A stretch of DNA of 64,000 nt from Vicugna vicugna (taxonomy: Eukaryota): NCBI GenBank assembly GCA_013265495.1, contig MU058037.1:250001-314000 (forward strand), given 5' to 3'. The notes under the pieces are model-generated. The model was not told the DNA's origin. It was given only the letters and a program-made list of their open reading frames with translations, and made no database searches. The position numbers and the translations under genes were made by a program. Below, one piece after another: positions 50,057 to 62,680 of this stretch; the stretch's first letter is position 1; every line of letters begins with the position of its first letter.

Positions 50057-52060
50057 TATACATCATCTTTATCCAGTCATCTGTTGATGGACAGTTAGGT
50101 TGCTACCACATCTTGGCTATTGTGAATAGTGCTGCTGTGAACATTGGGGTGCATGGGTCTTTTTGAATTAGAGTTTCCTCCAGATTTATGCCCAGAAATG
50201 GGATTGCTGGATCATATGGTAAGTCTGTTTTTAGTTTTTTTTTTTTTAAGAAACCTCCATACTGTTTTCAATAGTGGCTGCACCAAACTACATTCCCACC
50301 AACAGTGTAGGAGGGTTCCTTTTTCTCCACACTGTCTCCAGCATTTATTATTTGCAGATTTATTAATCATGGTCATTCTAACTGGTGTGAGATGATACCT
50401 CATTGTAGTTTTGATTTGCCTTTCTCTATTAATTAGCAATGTTGAGCAATTTTTTTCATATATCTGTTGGCAAATCTGCATGTCCTCTTTAAAATATCTA
50501 TTTAGGGGTTTTTTTGCCCATTTGTTGATTGGGTTGCTTGTTTTTTGATATTAAACTGTATGAGCTTCTTGTATATTTTGGAAATTAATTCTTTGTCAGT
50601 CACATCATTTGCAAATATTTTCTCCCATTCTGTAGGTTGTCGTTTCATTTTGTTTATGGTATCCTTAGATGTGCAAAAGCTTTTAAGTTTAATTAGGTTC
50701 TGTTTGTTTATTTTAGCTTTTATTTCCATTACTCTAGGAGCTGGTTCAAAAAAAGTATTGCTGCAATTTATGTCAAAGAGTGTCTGCCTGTGTTTTCCTC
50801 TAGGAGTTTTACAGTATCTATCTGCTCTTACATTTAGGTCTTTAATCCATTTTGAGTTTACTTTTGTGTATGGTGTTAGAGAATGTTCTAATCTCACTCT
50901 TTTACATGTAGCTGTCTGCTTTTCCCAGCTGCCCAGTTTTCCCAGTGCCACTTATTGAAGAGACTGTCTTTTCTCCATTGTGTATTCTTGACTACTTTCT
51001 TGTAGATAAATTGACCATAAGTGCATAGGTTTATTTCTGGACTTTCTATCCTGTTCAATTGATCTATGTGTCTGTTATTGTGCCAGTACCATACTGTTTT
51101 GATTTCTGTAGCTTATAGTATAGTCTGAAGTCAGGGAATGTGACTCTCCCAGCTCTGTTCTTCTTTGTCAAGATCATTTTGGCTATTTGGGGGTCTTTTG
51201 TGTTCCCATACAAATTTAAAATATTTTCGTTCTACTTCTGTGGAAAATGCCATTGGTAATTTGATAGGGATTGCATTGAATCTGTATATTGCCTTGGGTA
51301 GTATGGTCATTTTAACAGTATTGATTCTTCCAATTCAAGAACACAGTATATCTTGCCTTTTGTTTGTGTCATCTTCAATTTCTTTCATCAGTGTCTTATA
51401 GTTTTCAGAGTACAGGCCCTTTGCCTCCTTAGGTAGGTTTATTCCTAGATATTTTATTCTTTTGATGTGATGGTAAATGGGATTGTTTTCTTAATTTCTT
51501 TTTCTGCTATTTTGTTGTTAGTGTATAGAAATGCAACTAATTTCTGTATATTAATTTTATATCCTGCAACTTTACCAAATTCATTAATGAGCTCTAATAG
51601 TTTTCTGGTAGCCCCTTTAGGATTTTCTATGTATAGTATCATGTCATCCACAAACAATGACAGTTTTACTTCTTTTCCATTTGGATTTCTTTGTTTTGTT
51701 TTTAATTTTTGGAGGAGAGGTGATTAGGCTTATTTATTTATTTATTTTTAATAGAGGTACTGGGTATTGAACCCAGGACCTTGTGCATGCTTGGTGTGCA
51801 CTTTACCACTGAGCTATACCCTCCCCCCCAATTTGGATTTCTTTTATTTCTTATTCTTCTTTGATTGCTATTGCTAGGAATTCCAAGACTATGTTGAATA
51901 AAAGTGTCAAGAGTGGGCATCCTTGTCTTGTTCCTGATCTTAGAGAAAATGCTTTCAGCTTTTCACCATTGAGTATGATGTTAGCTGTGGGTTTTTCATA
52001 CATGGCCTTTATTATGTTGAAATATGTTCTGTCTATGCCCACTTTCTGGAGAGTTTTTAT
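49552..52060 (-). mobile_element. Cetartiodactyl-type L1, 3' non-inverted segment (3'UTR plus ORF2 C-terminal part), inactive
   Basis: ORF2 peptides ([33 protein letters not shown]...CWWEC); 3' end TTGAAGTATAGTCAGTTTACA. Confidence 0.93.
51693..51829 (-). mobile_element. Vic-1-type SINE nested in L1 ORF2
   Basis: A box TAGCTCAGTGG, B box GGTTCAATACC, (TAAA)n tail; perfect 14-bp TSD ATTTGGATTTCTTT (51679-51692 / 51831-51844). Confidence 0.92.
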
Positions 52061-52619
52061 GGAAGAAATAGAAAATATGAATAGATCAATTACTGCTACT
52101 GAAATCAAATCAGTAATTAAAAAACTCCCAACAAACAAAAGTCCAAGATCAGATAGCTTCACAAGCAAATTCTACCAAACATTTAGAGAAGAGTTAACAC
52201 CTATCCTTCTGAAATTACTCCTAAAAATTGCACAGGAAGGAACACTTCCAAACTCATTCTGTGAGGCCACTATCACCCTGATACCAAAACCAAAGATACC
52301 ACGAAAAAAGAAAATTACAGGTCTATATTACTTATGAATATAGATACAAAAATTCTCGAGAAAATACTAGCACATTGACTCCAACAATGCCTTAAAAGGA
52401 TCCTACACCATGATCAAGTGGGATTCATCCCAGGGATGCAAGGAGTTTCCACTATCTGCAAATCAAACAGTGTGATACACCACATTAACAAATTGAAGAA
52501 TAAAACTATATACTCATCTCAGTAGATGCAGAGAAAGCTTTTGATAAAATTCAACATCCATTTTTGATAAAAACTCTCCAGAAAGTGGGCATAGAGGGAA
52601 CATATACTATAACATAATA
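52061..52619 (+). mobile_element. Inverted 5' segment of the same L1 (ORF2 RT N-terminal part)
   Basis: [11 protein letters not shown]...[27 protein letters not shown]...LPNSFCEATITLIPKP on + strand abuts the - strand segment. Confidence 0.92.
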
Positions 52620-53329
52620 GAAAAAACGATTTGAAACTTAGAATGGCATAACAAGATGACTAAATTTAGTACTACCCAAAATTGGAAGGAGGGTCGAGTG
52701 AAATAAATAAAGTGTGTAGATTTGGGAAGGTAACTACTGGAAAAAATTAAAAATTAAGTCTATTACAAATATGTTGCTTCTGAAGAGTGGGACTGATACA
52801 TATGTGTAGCAGTGGGTACAAGGAATTGTTTCTCACAATACATCCATCTGATAACTATTTTTTTTACGAAGTATACATATTATTTTTCCAAAATCAAAAA
52901 GGAATAAACAAAATTCAAAATTCTTTTGCCACTGAAAGGGGACTGCAGCTTTAAGATAACATGCATGATGAACACACATTTTTTATTAAGAATTCTTCCA
53001 TTAAGGAAACATTGGCTGAAAAAGCTTCCTGTTTTAGAAAAATATCTTAAGAATTACAGTGGAGAACTAGCTGTTTATATCAGCAGCAACAGCCCTTTCC
53101 CCAGTTCTTTTAAGCCCATCTGCTTAGCAATATAGGAAACCTGGAGTCAGATTAAAGGGAGGTACTTTCTTTTCTACCTGTAATAAGTGGGCTCAAGGCT
53201 TAGTATAATTTTGAAAACTCATGAAGTATACAAATACAGATGGAAAACATTCTAACAGACATTACCAGTACTTAAAAGGAAACCAGAAATCAATGAATTA
53301 GCTTTTTATATGCCTAAATAAAGGACTGC

Positions 53330-54410
53330 TTCACCATAGGATCAAATTGTATATATCCTGAAAAATGGAGCATATTGGTCAGTAACTAGTGTAGCTTCAG
53401 AACAAGTAAGCACTCACAAATCTAAATTCTTTCTGTGGCAGAGAGTTGGCTTGGCAAATGAAAGAGAGGCAAAAAGAGTAGTTTCAGCTGTCTGAATGAA
53501 AGCTTATAGGAATGGAGGTGACCATGTGTATGCTAGATGAGTATGAACTGGTACTCACTGTCCTGAAGAATGTAATTCAGATAGGGAGTTATTAATGCTC
53601 TGCTGTCCCCTAGAAGAATTGTTAAGTGAGATCCTTTAATTGTTAAGTTTGGGGATAAGTTATTTGATATACTCACCTGTGACTTGTGATAGAACAGAGA
53701 ATGTTTCTTAAAAGGGCAATGGAAAATAAGCTGAGTGGGAGGGCGAGAGTGAGCAGAAACATTTGACGAAGTCTATAGGTAACTATATACATTGGCCAGT
53801 TCTGTCCCCACCAGTTCTGACCAGTTTGGCTCTATTAGATTACTTACATATTAAATGGATGACTGTAATAATGGTTGAGTTGGCACATTTAGACACAAAG
53901 ATTAGAATTTAAAGTGAAGCTGATACAATGGAGAAGTTGGAGGAAAGGATGACCAGGGAAGAAATAAAATAGGCCCATAGAGAGAGAGAAGGGAGCTTCT
54001 CTCTAGATACAAGAAAATCTGAAAATAATATCTGGGTTGTAACAAGTAATAAACTGATGTAATATTGGGAGATATCCTTCGATTAAAGTGTGCTTAGTTG
54101 AGTGATATGCAGTTTATTACTTATACAGCATAAAGGATGGGGAGAACATTGATGGGGTTTATATTAAACAAATAAACTTGACCTATGAGGAGAGAATGAA
54201 GAAAGTGAAATTTTTCAGAAGAACGTGAAATTTTTCAGAATAAAGGGGACAACACCTGATGAGGATTTATTAATGGTCTTTAGGAATATAACGGAATCTT
54301 CTATAGAACATGGGCCTTCTTTGCTACTGAGGAAAAAACAGTAGGAAATACTCAGTTAAGATCTAGGAAGAAGCTCTGCTATTATTACTAACAGAATGGC
54401 CAGCGGTTGA
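53330..54410 (+). mobile_element. CR1/L3 LINE remnant
   Basis: CCTATGAGGAGAGAATGAAGAAAGTGAAATTTTTCAG (YEER..K...F) and GGATTTATTAATGGTCTTTAGGAATATA, typical of the CR1 ORF2 C-terminus. Confidence 0.55.
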
Positions 54411-54515
54411 GCCTCTTCTGATGTTTAAACCACATGGCAGACGTCATTCTCAACAATAATCAAATTAATTCAGGGTTGCCAGAGAATAAATTGGTAATTT
54501 TCAGTTTGCAATTCT

Positions 54516-54824
54516 TGTATTAGTCAGAGAATGAGAGAAAAAAATATATTTAGAGAGAGATTGATTATAAGGAAGGAATTGTATTACATGATTATGGAAG
54601 CTGACAAGTCCCAAGATGCACAGTTGGCAAGAAGAGTTGATAATATTGTTCAGTCTGAGTGCTGGCAGACTGGAGACCCAGAAATAAATGTTTCAGTTTG
54701 AGTCCAAAGGCAGGAGAGAATCGGCCTTCTGGCTCTGAGCAGTCAGACAGGAGGAGTTCCCTCTTACTCAGCCTTTTTGCTCTATCAAATCTTCAGTTGA
54801 TTGGTTGAGGCCCACCCACATTAG
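54516..54824 (-). mobile_element. MLT2 (ERVL) LTR, truncated
   Basis: TGTATTAGTCAG...ATGATTATGGAAGCTGACAAGTCCCAAGAT...GATTGGTTGAGGCCCACCCACATT. Confidence 0.85.
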
Positions 54825-56902
54825 TGATATTTCCTGACTACTCAGATGCAAAATTAAGACAGGGCAAGTATTGAGAATAGCAATTGATATTTCTATTAGG
54901 AAGTATTGGAATAATTGAATTAAAATGCATACAGTGATGCTCCATAAAAATATTTCATGAAATGTAAACCTTCAGACAAATGTTAGTGGATATAATGATG
55001 TTAGAAAACTAGATCAAATTATATTCTGACTCAGTCTAAGGATTCTGAAGTCATCTGCAGAAACAGATTAATACAAAGAGCAAGTCAATAAAAACAAAAA
55101 ATGAACACAGAGTGATAGAGAATGATATAAAAATCAATCATAACATTAAATGTGAACAAGAAAGGTCAACAGCTATATTAAAATATTGAATCAAAACAAG
55201 ACCTATAAAACTAATACACATTTACAGACAAATAATTGGATCATCTAAGGTCTTTTCTATTAATGCAGACTATGAGACTAGTTATTTTGATATTAGAGAA
55301 AGTAAATTTTACAAGCAAATTGATTATCACAATAAAGGATAAATTAAGCCACTGAAACCTGAATACTGAATTCATGTATAAAAACTATGGTATCCCAAAC
55401 ACCTAAAAAAAGAAGGTAAAATTAAAAACCTGGCTCCTATATGTACAGAATTCTGATTGTTATCAGAGCTCTGTCTTGCTCACATTTTACTTCCCTCTTT
55501 GACTTTTATATTTTTCAGCCACTGTCCTGTCACTTGACGTTACACCCACAATTGTTTTCTATGTTTGCTATTAGAATAGGACAAACTTAGAAAATAAAGA
55601 CTCAAACTAGGAATTACTTTATTGAACAGTACGAAAAAGAAGAAAACTTTGTCTTATGGAATAGAAAAATGTATTTTTTAAGCTTACATAACTTGTATTA
55701 TGGAAAATAATTACAGGTGTGGCCACAAAGATACTGAGATAATCTACCACATTTTAAGATAGGTAAAAATTTTAAATGTCATAAAACGGGGCACTCACAT
55801 AGAAATAGAGTACTCTATAAATAATTTCTCAATTAGGAAGGAAATCTAGTACAATACTAGCAATAAAAAATGAAAATGTAACATCAAAATTAATGTGTTT
55901 CAGCCAAAACAATAAGTAGAGTTAAATTCCTTTCTCTGTGAATATGCATATTAATTAAAAAAAACTCCAAAACATGAATTTAGACTAAAACACATAAGAA
56001 TAAAAGTGAGTAAAAAATAGAAAGGGAAAATTCACACTGAATAAAAGAAAAAATTATGAAAGGATTGATAACCAGTAGATACTTTACATCCAAAATTGAC
56101 AAAATGTATACATCATTGGCTCAATTTTATTAAAAACATAATTTGATAATATAAAAATAGTGTAATACTAGTATAATGCCATAGACAATAACTGATGAAT
56201 GTGTCAAAGATCTACCCCTAAAATAGCTACCAGATCCATATACTTTCCATATTATAGAAACTGTTTCAACATACATCACAAGGATAAAAATAATGATAAT
56301 GCCATTCACTGAGGTATGAAGTAAAACAAAGAGCAAAAAGCTGGGGAGTGAGAGATGAATTCAGTTTTTAATATACTGAGCTTGCAAAGTCTCATAGACT
56401 TTCTGTTTGGGGATGTCTAGTGAGATATTGGCTATTCATTCATTTGTACAGAAACTTTTTGAATGCCTCTTTGTCAGGCGCTTAATGCAAAATGGTCTGC
56501 AACCTCAAAATTATTATGTAAATAAAGGAGACAAAGAATTGACAGCTACAAACAATGTACTGCTATAAATGCTAAAAATACAGGTCTGCAGCTTATAGTG
56601 AGTAGTGGGGGAACCTTGAAGAGTGATATTAGGGCTAATTCATCTGGCTGTAGAAATGGTCTTGACATCTGTTAATCTATTAGTTAGTCTAAAAAGCTTA
56701 AAGCCTAAAGAAGCTTTGGTTTGAGTCTGATTTAAATGCCCAAATTAACCAGTCTATTAAGGAGGACAGAGGACACTATAGTTGGTCTGTTTGTCCTGAC
56801 TTTAGTAGATCTTTGGCTTTGAGCTAAGGGACCTAAGATGGGGTCTAACCCTGGAAAGAGAGAATAATCACAGCTAAGAAAATTACAAAAAAAAACTTCT
56901 GT

Positions 56903-57358
56903 TGTCTTTAGATTCTCCCAAAGCAGAACCGGAGTTAAGGCTACGTGTGCAAGCAGTTTATTTGGGAGGTGATCTCAAGAAGTATGATGAGAGACTGAGG
57001 AAATGACGGGAAGGAGAAATTCAATAAAATGGAAAGCCTGTGGTCAACTAGGCTCAGACTCTGGTGGGGCAGGGTGCTCTGTGAGACTCGAGACTTGGGA
57101 TCATGTTTCAGAATTGATGGTCCCACTGAGGGGTGAGGAAGCTGGGATATTTATCCAGCAGCCCTCATCCCTCATTGGTTTAGGAATATTTTGTAATGCT
57201 ACACTTTCGGACTGTCCCAGGAGAAGGTGCAGCAGACTCCCACAGCCAGAGAATCCCTGCAGGCAGATACAAAGGAAGCAGTTTTTATAGGAAATCACTG
57301 TAGAAGATCTCCAGGATAGGCTCTGGGGCTGTATGTTGGGCACTGACAGTTTCTGCAA
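56903..57358. mobile_element. ERVL solo LTR (LTR33/LTR16-like)
   Basis: CCCAAAGCAGAACC...GTGCAAGCAGTTTATTTGGGAGGTGATC; GAAGCTGGGATATTTATCC shared with the copy at 37265. Confidence 0.75.
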
Positions 57359-59459
57359 GGCCTAAAAAAATCTCCCATCCTGGGTAATGCTCCTGTTGCA
57401 TTAAAGGAGAGATTCCAGAGACAGAAATCATGCCAGAAACTCTGTTCTATGAATGGTGAAGACAATGGTGGTGGTAAGATTGAGTTTCAAAGAAAGCTGA
57501 AGTTTACTCAGTGGGTGGGCCACAAGCATTTGTCTTAAGCACACTTCATACCAGACTTATGTCAGCAAGACAAATATCCTTCTCCAGCCTTCAAGGGCCT
57601 GAGTCTCCTGACTCAGTGGACTATAACTGAATGAAGGCCAGAAATATAATTGGTTTGCCTTTGAATTTTCAGTGCCAAGTCAGTGCCTGACACATGCGCA
57701 GACACTTAATATGCGTTTGTTGAACTGAATTGGTTACTGTCATCTTGGTTAGGAAGCAGATGGGGTTATATCTGCAGAAAGGAATTGGGAAAAACCCATG
57801 ATGACACATTTTTACTTATAACTACCTACAGGGCTAAATTGTCAGTCAGATTCATGTGAAGCAGAAGTCTTACCTGGAACTATGATTTGCTAATGATTAG
57901 CAAAGGATGTATGAAAAGAGCCTCAGCAAACACCACATTAATATCTGGGGTGCCCAGATCTATTAGCTGCAGCTTCCTAGTCCCTTTTCCATGTCAGAAT
58001 ATGTTTGTGGTAGGAATAATAAGGAATAACAGTGAGTAGTAGAAGTCAGCCCAGGAAATCCACTTAGTTTGGGGATCTCATTTTTAGATCTTGCTAGCCA
58101 TATAGCCAAAATTTACAATAAACAGTCCAAACAGATCATGTATACCCAGGGCAAAGGACACCTTAGATAAGTACTAGAAGAATTTATCTTCTAGCAAGTA
58201 AATTACATCAATATATTTATAAAGAAGTATGGTTGAGATCAAAATGGATGTACGTATCCCCCAAGGAGGAAGGAATCAAGTTATAGACCCATTGTGAATC
58301 CTTCTTCCCTACCATGGATCCAGAATTCTTCAATACAATTTTAGAATATAGAATATGTCATAGAGTAATTTTAGAATTAGAATAATCTTCCATTTGAGCT
58401 AAGTAGTTACCATCCTAGTGAAAATTAAGCTTGATGAGAGCAAGGACTTCATCTGCTTTGTTCGCCAGTGCCTCTCTACCAGTGCTGACAACAGAGCTTA
58501 ACAAAATTTGTTGAATGAATACATGAATGAACGCAGGCATTCTTTACGGTTTATCTTTATAGTTTATGATGTACTGAAAGTTAAAAAAAAATCACATTAT
58601 CACAGTAGATGTCAAGAAGTCATGTAAGAAAATACCCATTATTAACTTAAACCAAAAATCAAGTATCAACAGATTTTATTTAAAACTAAAGAATGGTATA
58701 GAAAACAATGGAGTTACTGCTTTAAAAAGAAAACTTTGAAATTGCCCTTTGAAACAACCCTCATTAGACAAAGTATTAGAAATACTAGCAATAGTTCTAA
58801 GTAAAGGAAAGACAAATTAAAAGTATATCTATAAAAAGGATAGCAAGTTTATCCTATTTTTAAAAGGAAGCCAGTTGTCTGCTAAGACTGTCCTAGGGTA
58901 TTAACCAAAGAAATTATGAAGGAGTAATCTGGTATAGGAAAGTTGAAGATGATAAAATGAATTATAAATATTCATTTTATACTGATATATTAAAGAAAGA
59001 CAGCCTCAAGATACAATGAATACTGAATCTATTCACAGTAACTTTAAACTGACTTGGTATTAGTACAATTCAGGGAACATGGAATTTATTACAGAATGTA
59101 ACAAAAATTATGGTAGAATGAAAAAAGCTGTACAAATAAGGTGATATATCTTAACTAGAATTTATATAATTTTTCTAAGCTATTTTATAGACAGTGTAAT
59201 CTAAAACCTTTGTAGGATAATTAACAGATTTTGAAAGAAATATTTTCATCTGGAAGAATACATTGCTAATAATACTAATAAATATTTTAAAATGTAGTGA
59301 TGGTAGGTGGTCACCATCATATTTAACAAATTTGTTCAAACCTCAAAATATATTCTAAATAGACAGATATAAAAACTGACTAGTACTGAGTTAGCTATAA
59401 AATCATTGAATGACAGAGTGGAATAGAACTTCCTGAAAAATACCCAGGTCACTATGTTT

Positions 59460-59700
59460 ATCAGGGTGGAGTAATGAAAAGATTCTGAATCAGGACAGCA
59501 ATCATGGTTCTTGTCATGGCTCTAACTGCATTGATGGTGTAACTTTGGGCATTTTATTTAATCTTTTTGAATTTATGTTTTTTCTTTTATAAATTGGGAT
59601 ATTTCTGCCTTATCTATCACAAAGAGCTATTGATATTGCATGAGATTGTGACATGCATAATAAACCGTATGTTAACCATATAATTTATGTACTGCTATAA
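59460..59700 (+). mobile_element. MIR SINE
   Basis: GTGTAACTTTGGGCATTTTATTTAATCTTTTTGA...TATAAATTGGGATA. Confidence 0.6.
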
Positions 59701-61919
59701 CTTGTGAAAAATATATATGTGAAAAGCTAGAAGCAACTGAGTTATGGGAAAAGGAACACAAATTTAAAATACCTGATTGGGAAAACTGGAAGGCAATATG
59801 GAGACACAACATAAACTTTACAAGCCAAATCTCAAACTATACATTACGATAAATTTGATTTGAAATAAAGGGTTAATATAAAATAACATATAAAAAGATA
59901 GAAAATGACATATATTTTATGCTATTCGGAGACTAGATGCATTTCTGATTATTGAAGAAATGGAGATTTTGATTACAGAACAACTTTAATGTATAGAACT
60001 AAATAACTTTCATTCTTTAAAATGTAATACAACAAGCACAAAAGGGGAAGAAGCAGAAGAGGGTGGAAAAAGCTCAATATGTGTCCAACATATCTGCTAA
60101 ATTCTCTTAATACTTTAATATATAAAAGTAAACATTCGTAAAATTCTCCCCCTGATAATAAATGAATGTGAAAAGCCAATTTACGTATGAGGAAATTGTC
60201 CTGTAGAAAAAATGCTCAGCTTTAGTAGTAGTTAGAATGCAAATTTAAATATTTCAGGAACATCTTACACACATTAAATTTAAATTATCAAAAGAGAAAT
60301 GTTGATACAACCAGTATTAGTGGAGTGTTGAAAATGAAAATGATAGTAAGATGCACATTTCTTAACATTTTTTCTTGGGATAAGGATGTCTCTCTTATGA
60401 TAAATGGCACTGTAACACTGAGCCATTGAACAGGCAGCTCTTTTTACTTTCTAAGTGGTACAGAAGACAGTGGTTTACCTTACCACGATGGTGTGTTAGA
60501 TTTTATTAAACACAGTGGGCATTGCTACCTGCACTTTACGTTGACTTTTACCTTGTGGGGAGCAGCCTGGCAATCTATTATAAGAGTCATGATGCTTGTC
60601 TTTGTATATATACCTTGAGGAACATATACAGGTGAAAAACCTCAAATTAAAAAATAGCTAAATTACATATTGGACAAAAACAGCACTAGTTTGGAGATGT
60701 CAAAATGTGTGGTACGTTAATACAAAGAATGATGAACAAACATTAAAATGACAAACATGTAGGTAATGTTGATCCATGGACATGTGCTTACTAATCATTC
60801 AAACTAAAAAAAATTAAGGACTATGTAAACATCAGTTAAACTTAGTAAAAGTAATTATTATGTATAACATGAGAAGTAACTGAAATTGTAGAAATGAAAT
60901 GTAATGTACATAAGACTTTTTTCTTTTAAGTCAATTGAGTTCACAAAAATGCATTTTTACCAGATAGCTCTAGGGTAGCAAGGCTATTTCTTTTAATATA
61001 TCCATGAAGCTATTTAAATTTTTTCTTAATCTGGAAGAGGACAGTACTTAAATTTTTCTGTATTTCTCTGGAGGCCAACTATTCAATTTAGAAAATCTAA
61101 TATAGAAACAAATCTCAAAACTTTAAACATGTTGCAAAATGCTATGTTCCAATGATAATGCTTAAGTCTATAATTTCTTTTGCTTCAGATTTGGAAGAAA
61201 TCTGAAAATCACTTTGATCAAGTAGTTAAAGTTGAGCATTTTTTTCTTCTCAGTGTAGCTAGGGCTTAAAACCCTGTTTAAAATGTCCCCAAACTCTTAT
61301 TTTTGGATCTGAGGCAAATGGCAGAATTTACCATTTTTTGATAGTTTTGGTACCATGATAACTAAAGCCCTAATGGATTCTCCAGAATCATCCTTGGTGA
61401 TCATTTCCATGTCTGAAATACCATGTGTCAAAGATAATTTGGCTCGGGAAACTCTGACAAATTCTAATAACAAATGCACTGATTACCAAGATAGTATAAT
61501 TTCTTTAGAAGCCCATTTATTGAGCTGGTTCTATTATCTACAGATAGTTCATAATAGGATGAATTATTTACCCACGTTAGGTGCATAGTTCTCAGAAGTT
61601 AGATTTTAAAATAATGGTGTGATCAGAACAAGAGAGGCCTAATGGATGAAATTATGTTTTAGTCAACAATGCTGATTTGCTTCTAAGGCATATATGTATG
61701 GACACCTCAGAGAAAGAACCTGGGAATACTTAGTACAGGTTAAAATACATGTAAATTTGTCTAGCTAATGGAATCAGTTCTTTTCGAATTTAAGAATGTG
61801 CTAACATTGTAGCCATTTTAGTGCCAGGGTGGGGCCACACTGAAAGGATATTTTTCTGTTTATTTGCTGTCTTGTGCTGCTCTGATTGGGGTACAGGGAA
61901 TGCCTATGCCTGGCTGCAA

Positions 61920-62680
61920 ATATTTGTCATTCATCCTTCCGTCCACCTGTTCGTTCATCTGATCCTTCCAATAGCTCTTCTAGGCACTGAGCTAAATCCC
62001 AGAGATAAATACAGAGTTGAACAAGAGGTGGTCCCTGCCATTGAGGAGCTCACAGTCAAGTAAGGGTCTTAATCACTCTGCTCGCCACACGACAGGCCAG
62101 GACAGGCCAATAAATGGGGAGAGGAGGTGTTGAGGGCAAGGAATAATGACGTTATTTGGAAAGCCAGGAGATCGAGAAGGTAGGGGACTAACGTCCTAGA
62201 GAACCATCTTACCCAAGTCAGAATTCAGACTCCTTTTATACTAAAAGGAGGGGATGTGGTTGGTTGTTGCAAACTTCTTGGTGTCGGGAATCCTTTGTTC
62301 TTGCAGCCATCTGTGTAGGTCAGGTCTGATGTTCCTGTAAACCTCCAACAAAACAAATGTTATTCTCTGTTCTGCAACTTTTTATCTCTATATGAATGGA
62401 AAAGTTTTATACCCTTAAAGGTCAGAGCTTTGAGAATGGGCTATCCTGTATATTTCAGGCTCTAGGCAACATTCTTTTGAAAAGAACCAGCATGGCTAAG
62501 CACGAGAAACAGAGCACAAAGTTAGAGCTGAAGGAACAAATCTAGTATGGAGTCAGATTGGTTCTCCCCTATTCTAGGAGGAGCAGACAGATGATGTCAG
62601 TGTAGTTCAACAGGAAGTGTTAAAAGAGACAAGAGACAAGTGTCAAGGATACACAGAGGAGGGAACAAATCTATACTGTC
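61920..62680 (-). mobile_element. L2 3' fragment split by ERV1 LTR
   Basis: CTAGGCACTGAGCTAAAT...GGTCCCTGCCATTGAGGAGCTCACAGTC [LTR] CTAGGAGGAGCAGACAG. Confidence 0.75.
62061..62573 (-). mobile_element. ERV1 solo LTR, cetartiodactyl MER41-like
   Basis: CTGCTCGCCACACGACAGGCCAATAAAT...AGAACCATCTT...TTTTATACTAAAAGG (TATAAAA on - strand, 62234-62240)...TATGGAGTCAGATT; CpGs retained. Confidence 0.7.

Larger units (their letters stand above)
48185..52915 (+). mobile_element. HAL1-like (ORF1-only L1 relative) remnant, split by a younger L1 (pieces ~48185-49551, 52620-52915)
   Basis: ORF1-like AGAATCAGATATGCATCAGATTTCTC...AAGAGACAATG on the left; HAL1-like 3' end GTTGCTTCTGAAGAGTGGGACT...TATACATATTATTTT on the right. 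Confidence 0.6.
54900..60900 (+). mobile_element. Very degenerate ancient L1 ORF2/3' remnants (pieces ~54900-56330, ~58580-60900) with later insertions
   Basis: A-rich sequence with scattered L1 motifs (CACATTATCACAGTAGATGTCAAGAAGTC; TAGTAGTTAGAATGCAAATT; GAGCAGCCTGGCAATCTATTA). Confidence 0.5.

Noticed and set aside
51755..51829. tRNA gene (also 45830-45904)
   Set aside because: tRNA-like head is followed by an A-rich tail and TSDs, so it is a SINE.
51851..52337. 158-aa (+) and 105-aa (-) ORFs
   Set aside because: Chimeras of sense and antisense L1 ORF2 across the inversion junction.
61297..61588. Overlapping 60-aa and 77-aa ORFs
   Set aside because: Short, no recognisable family, within chance expectation.
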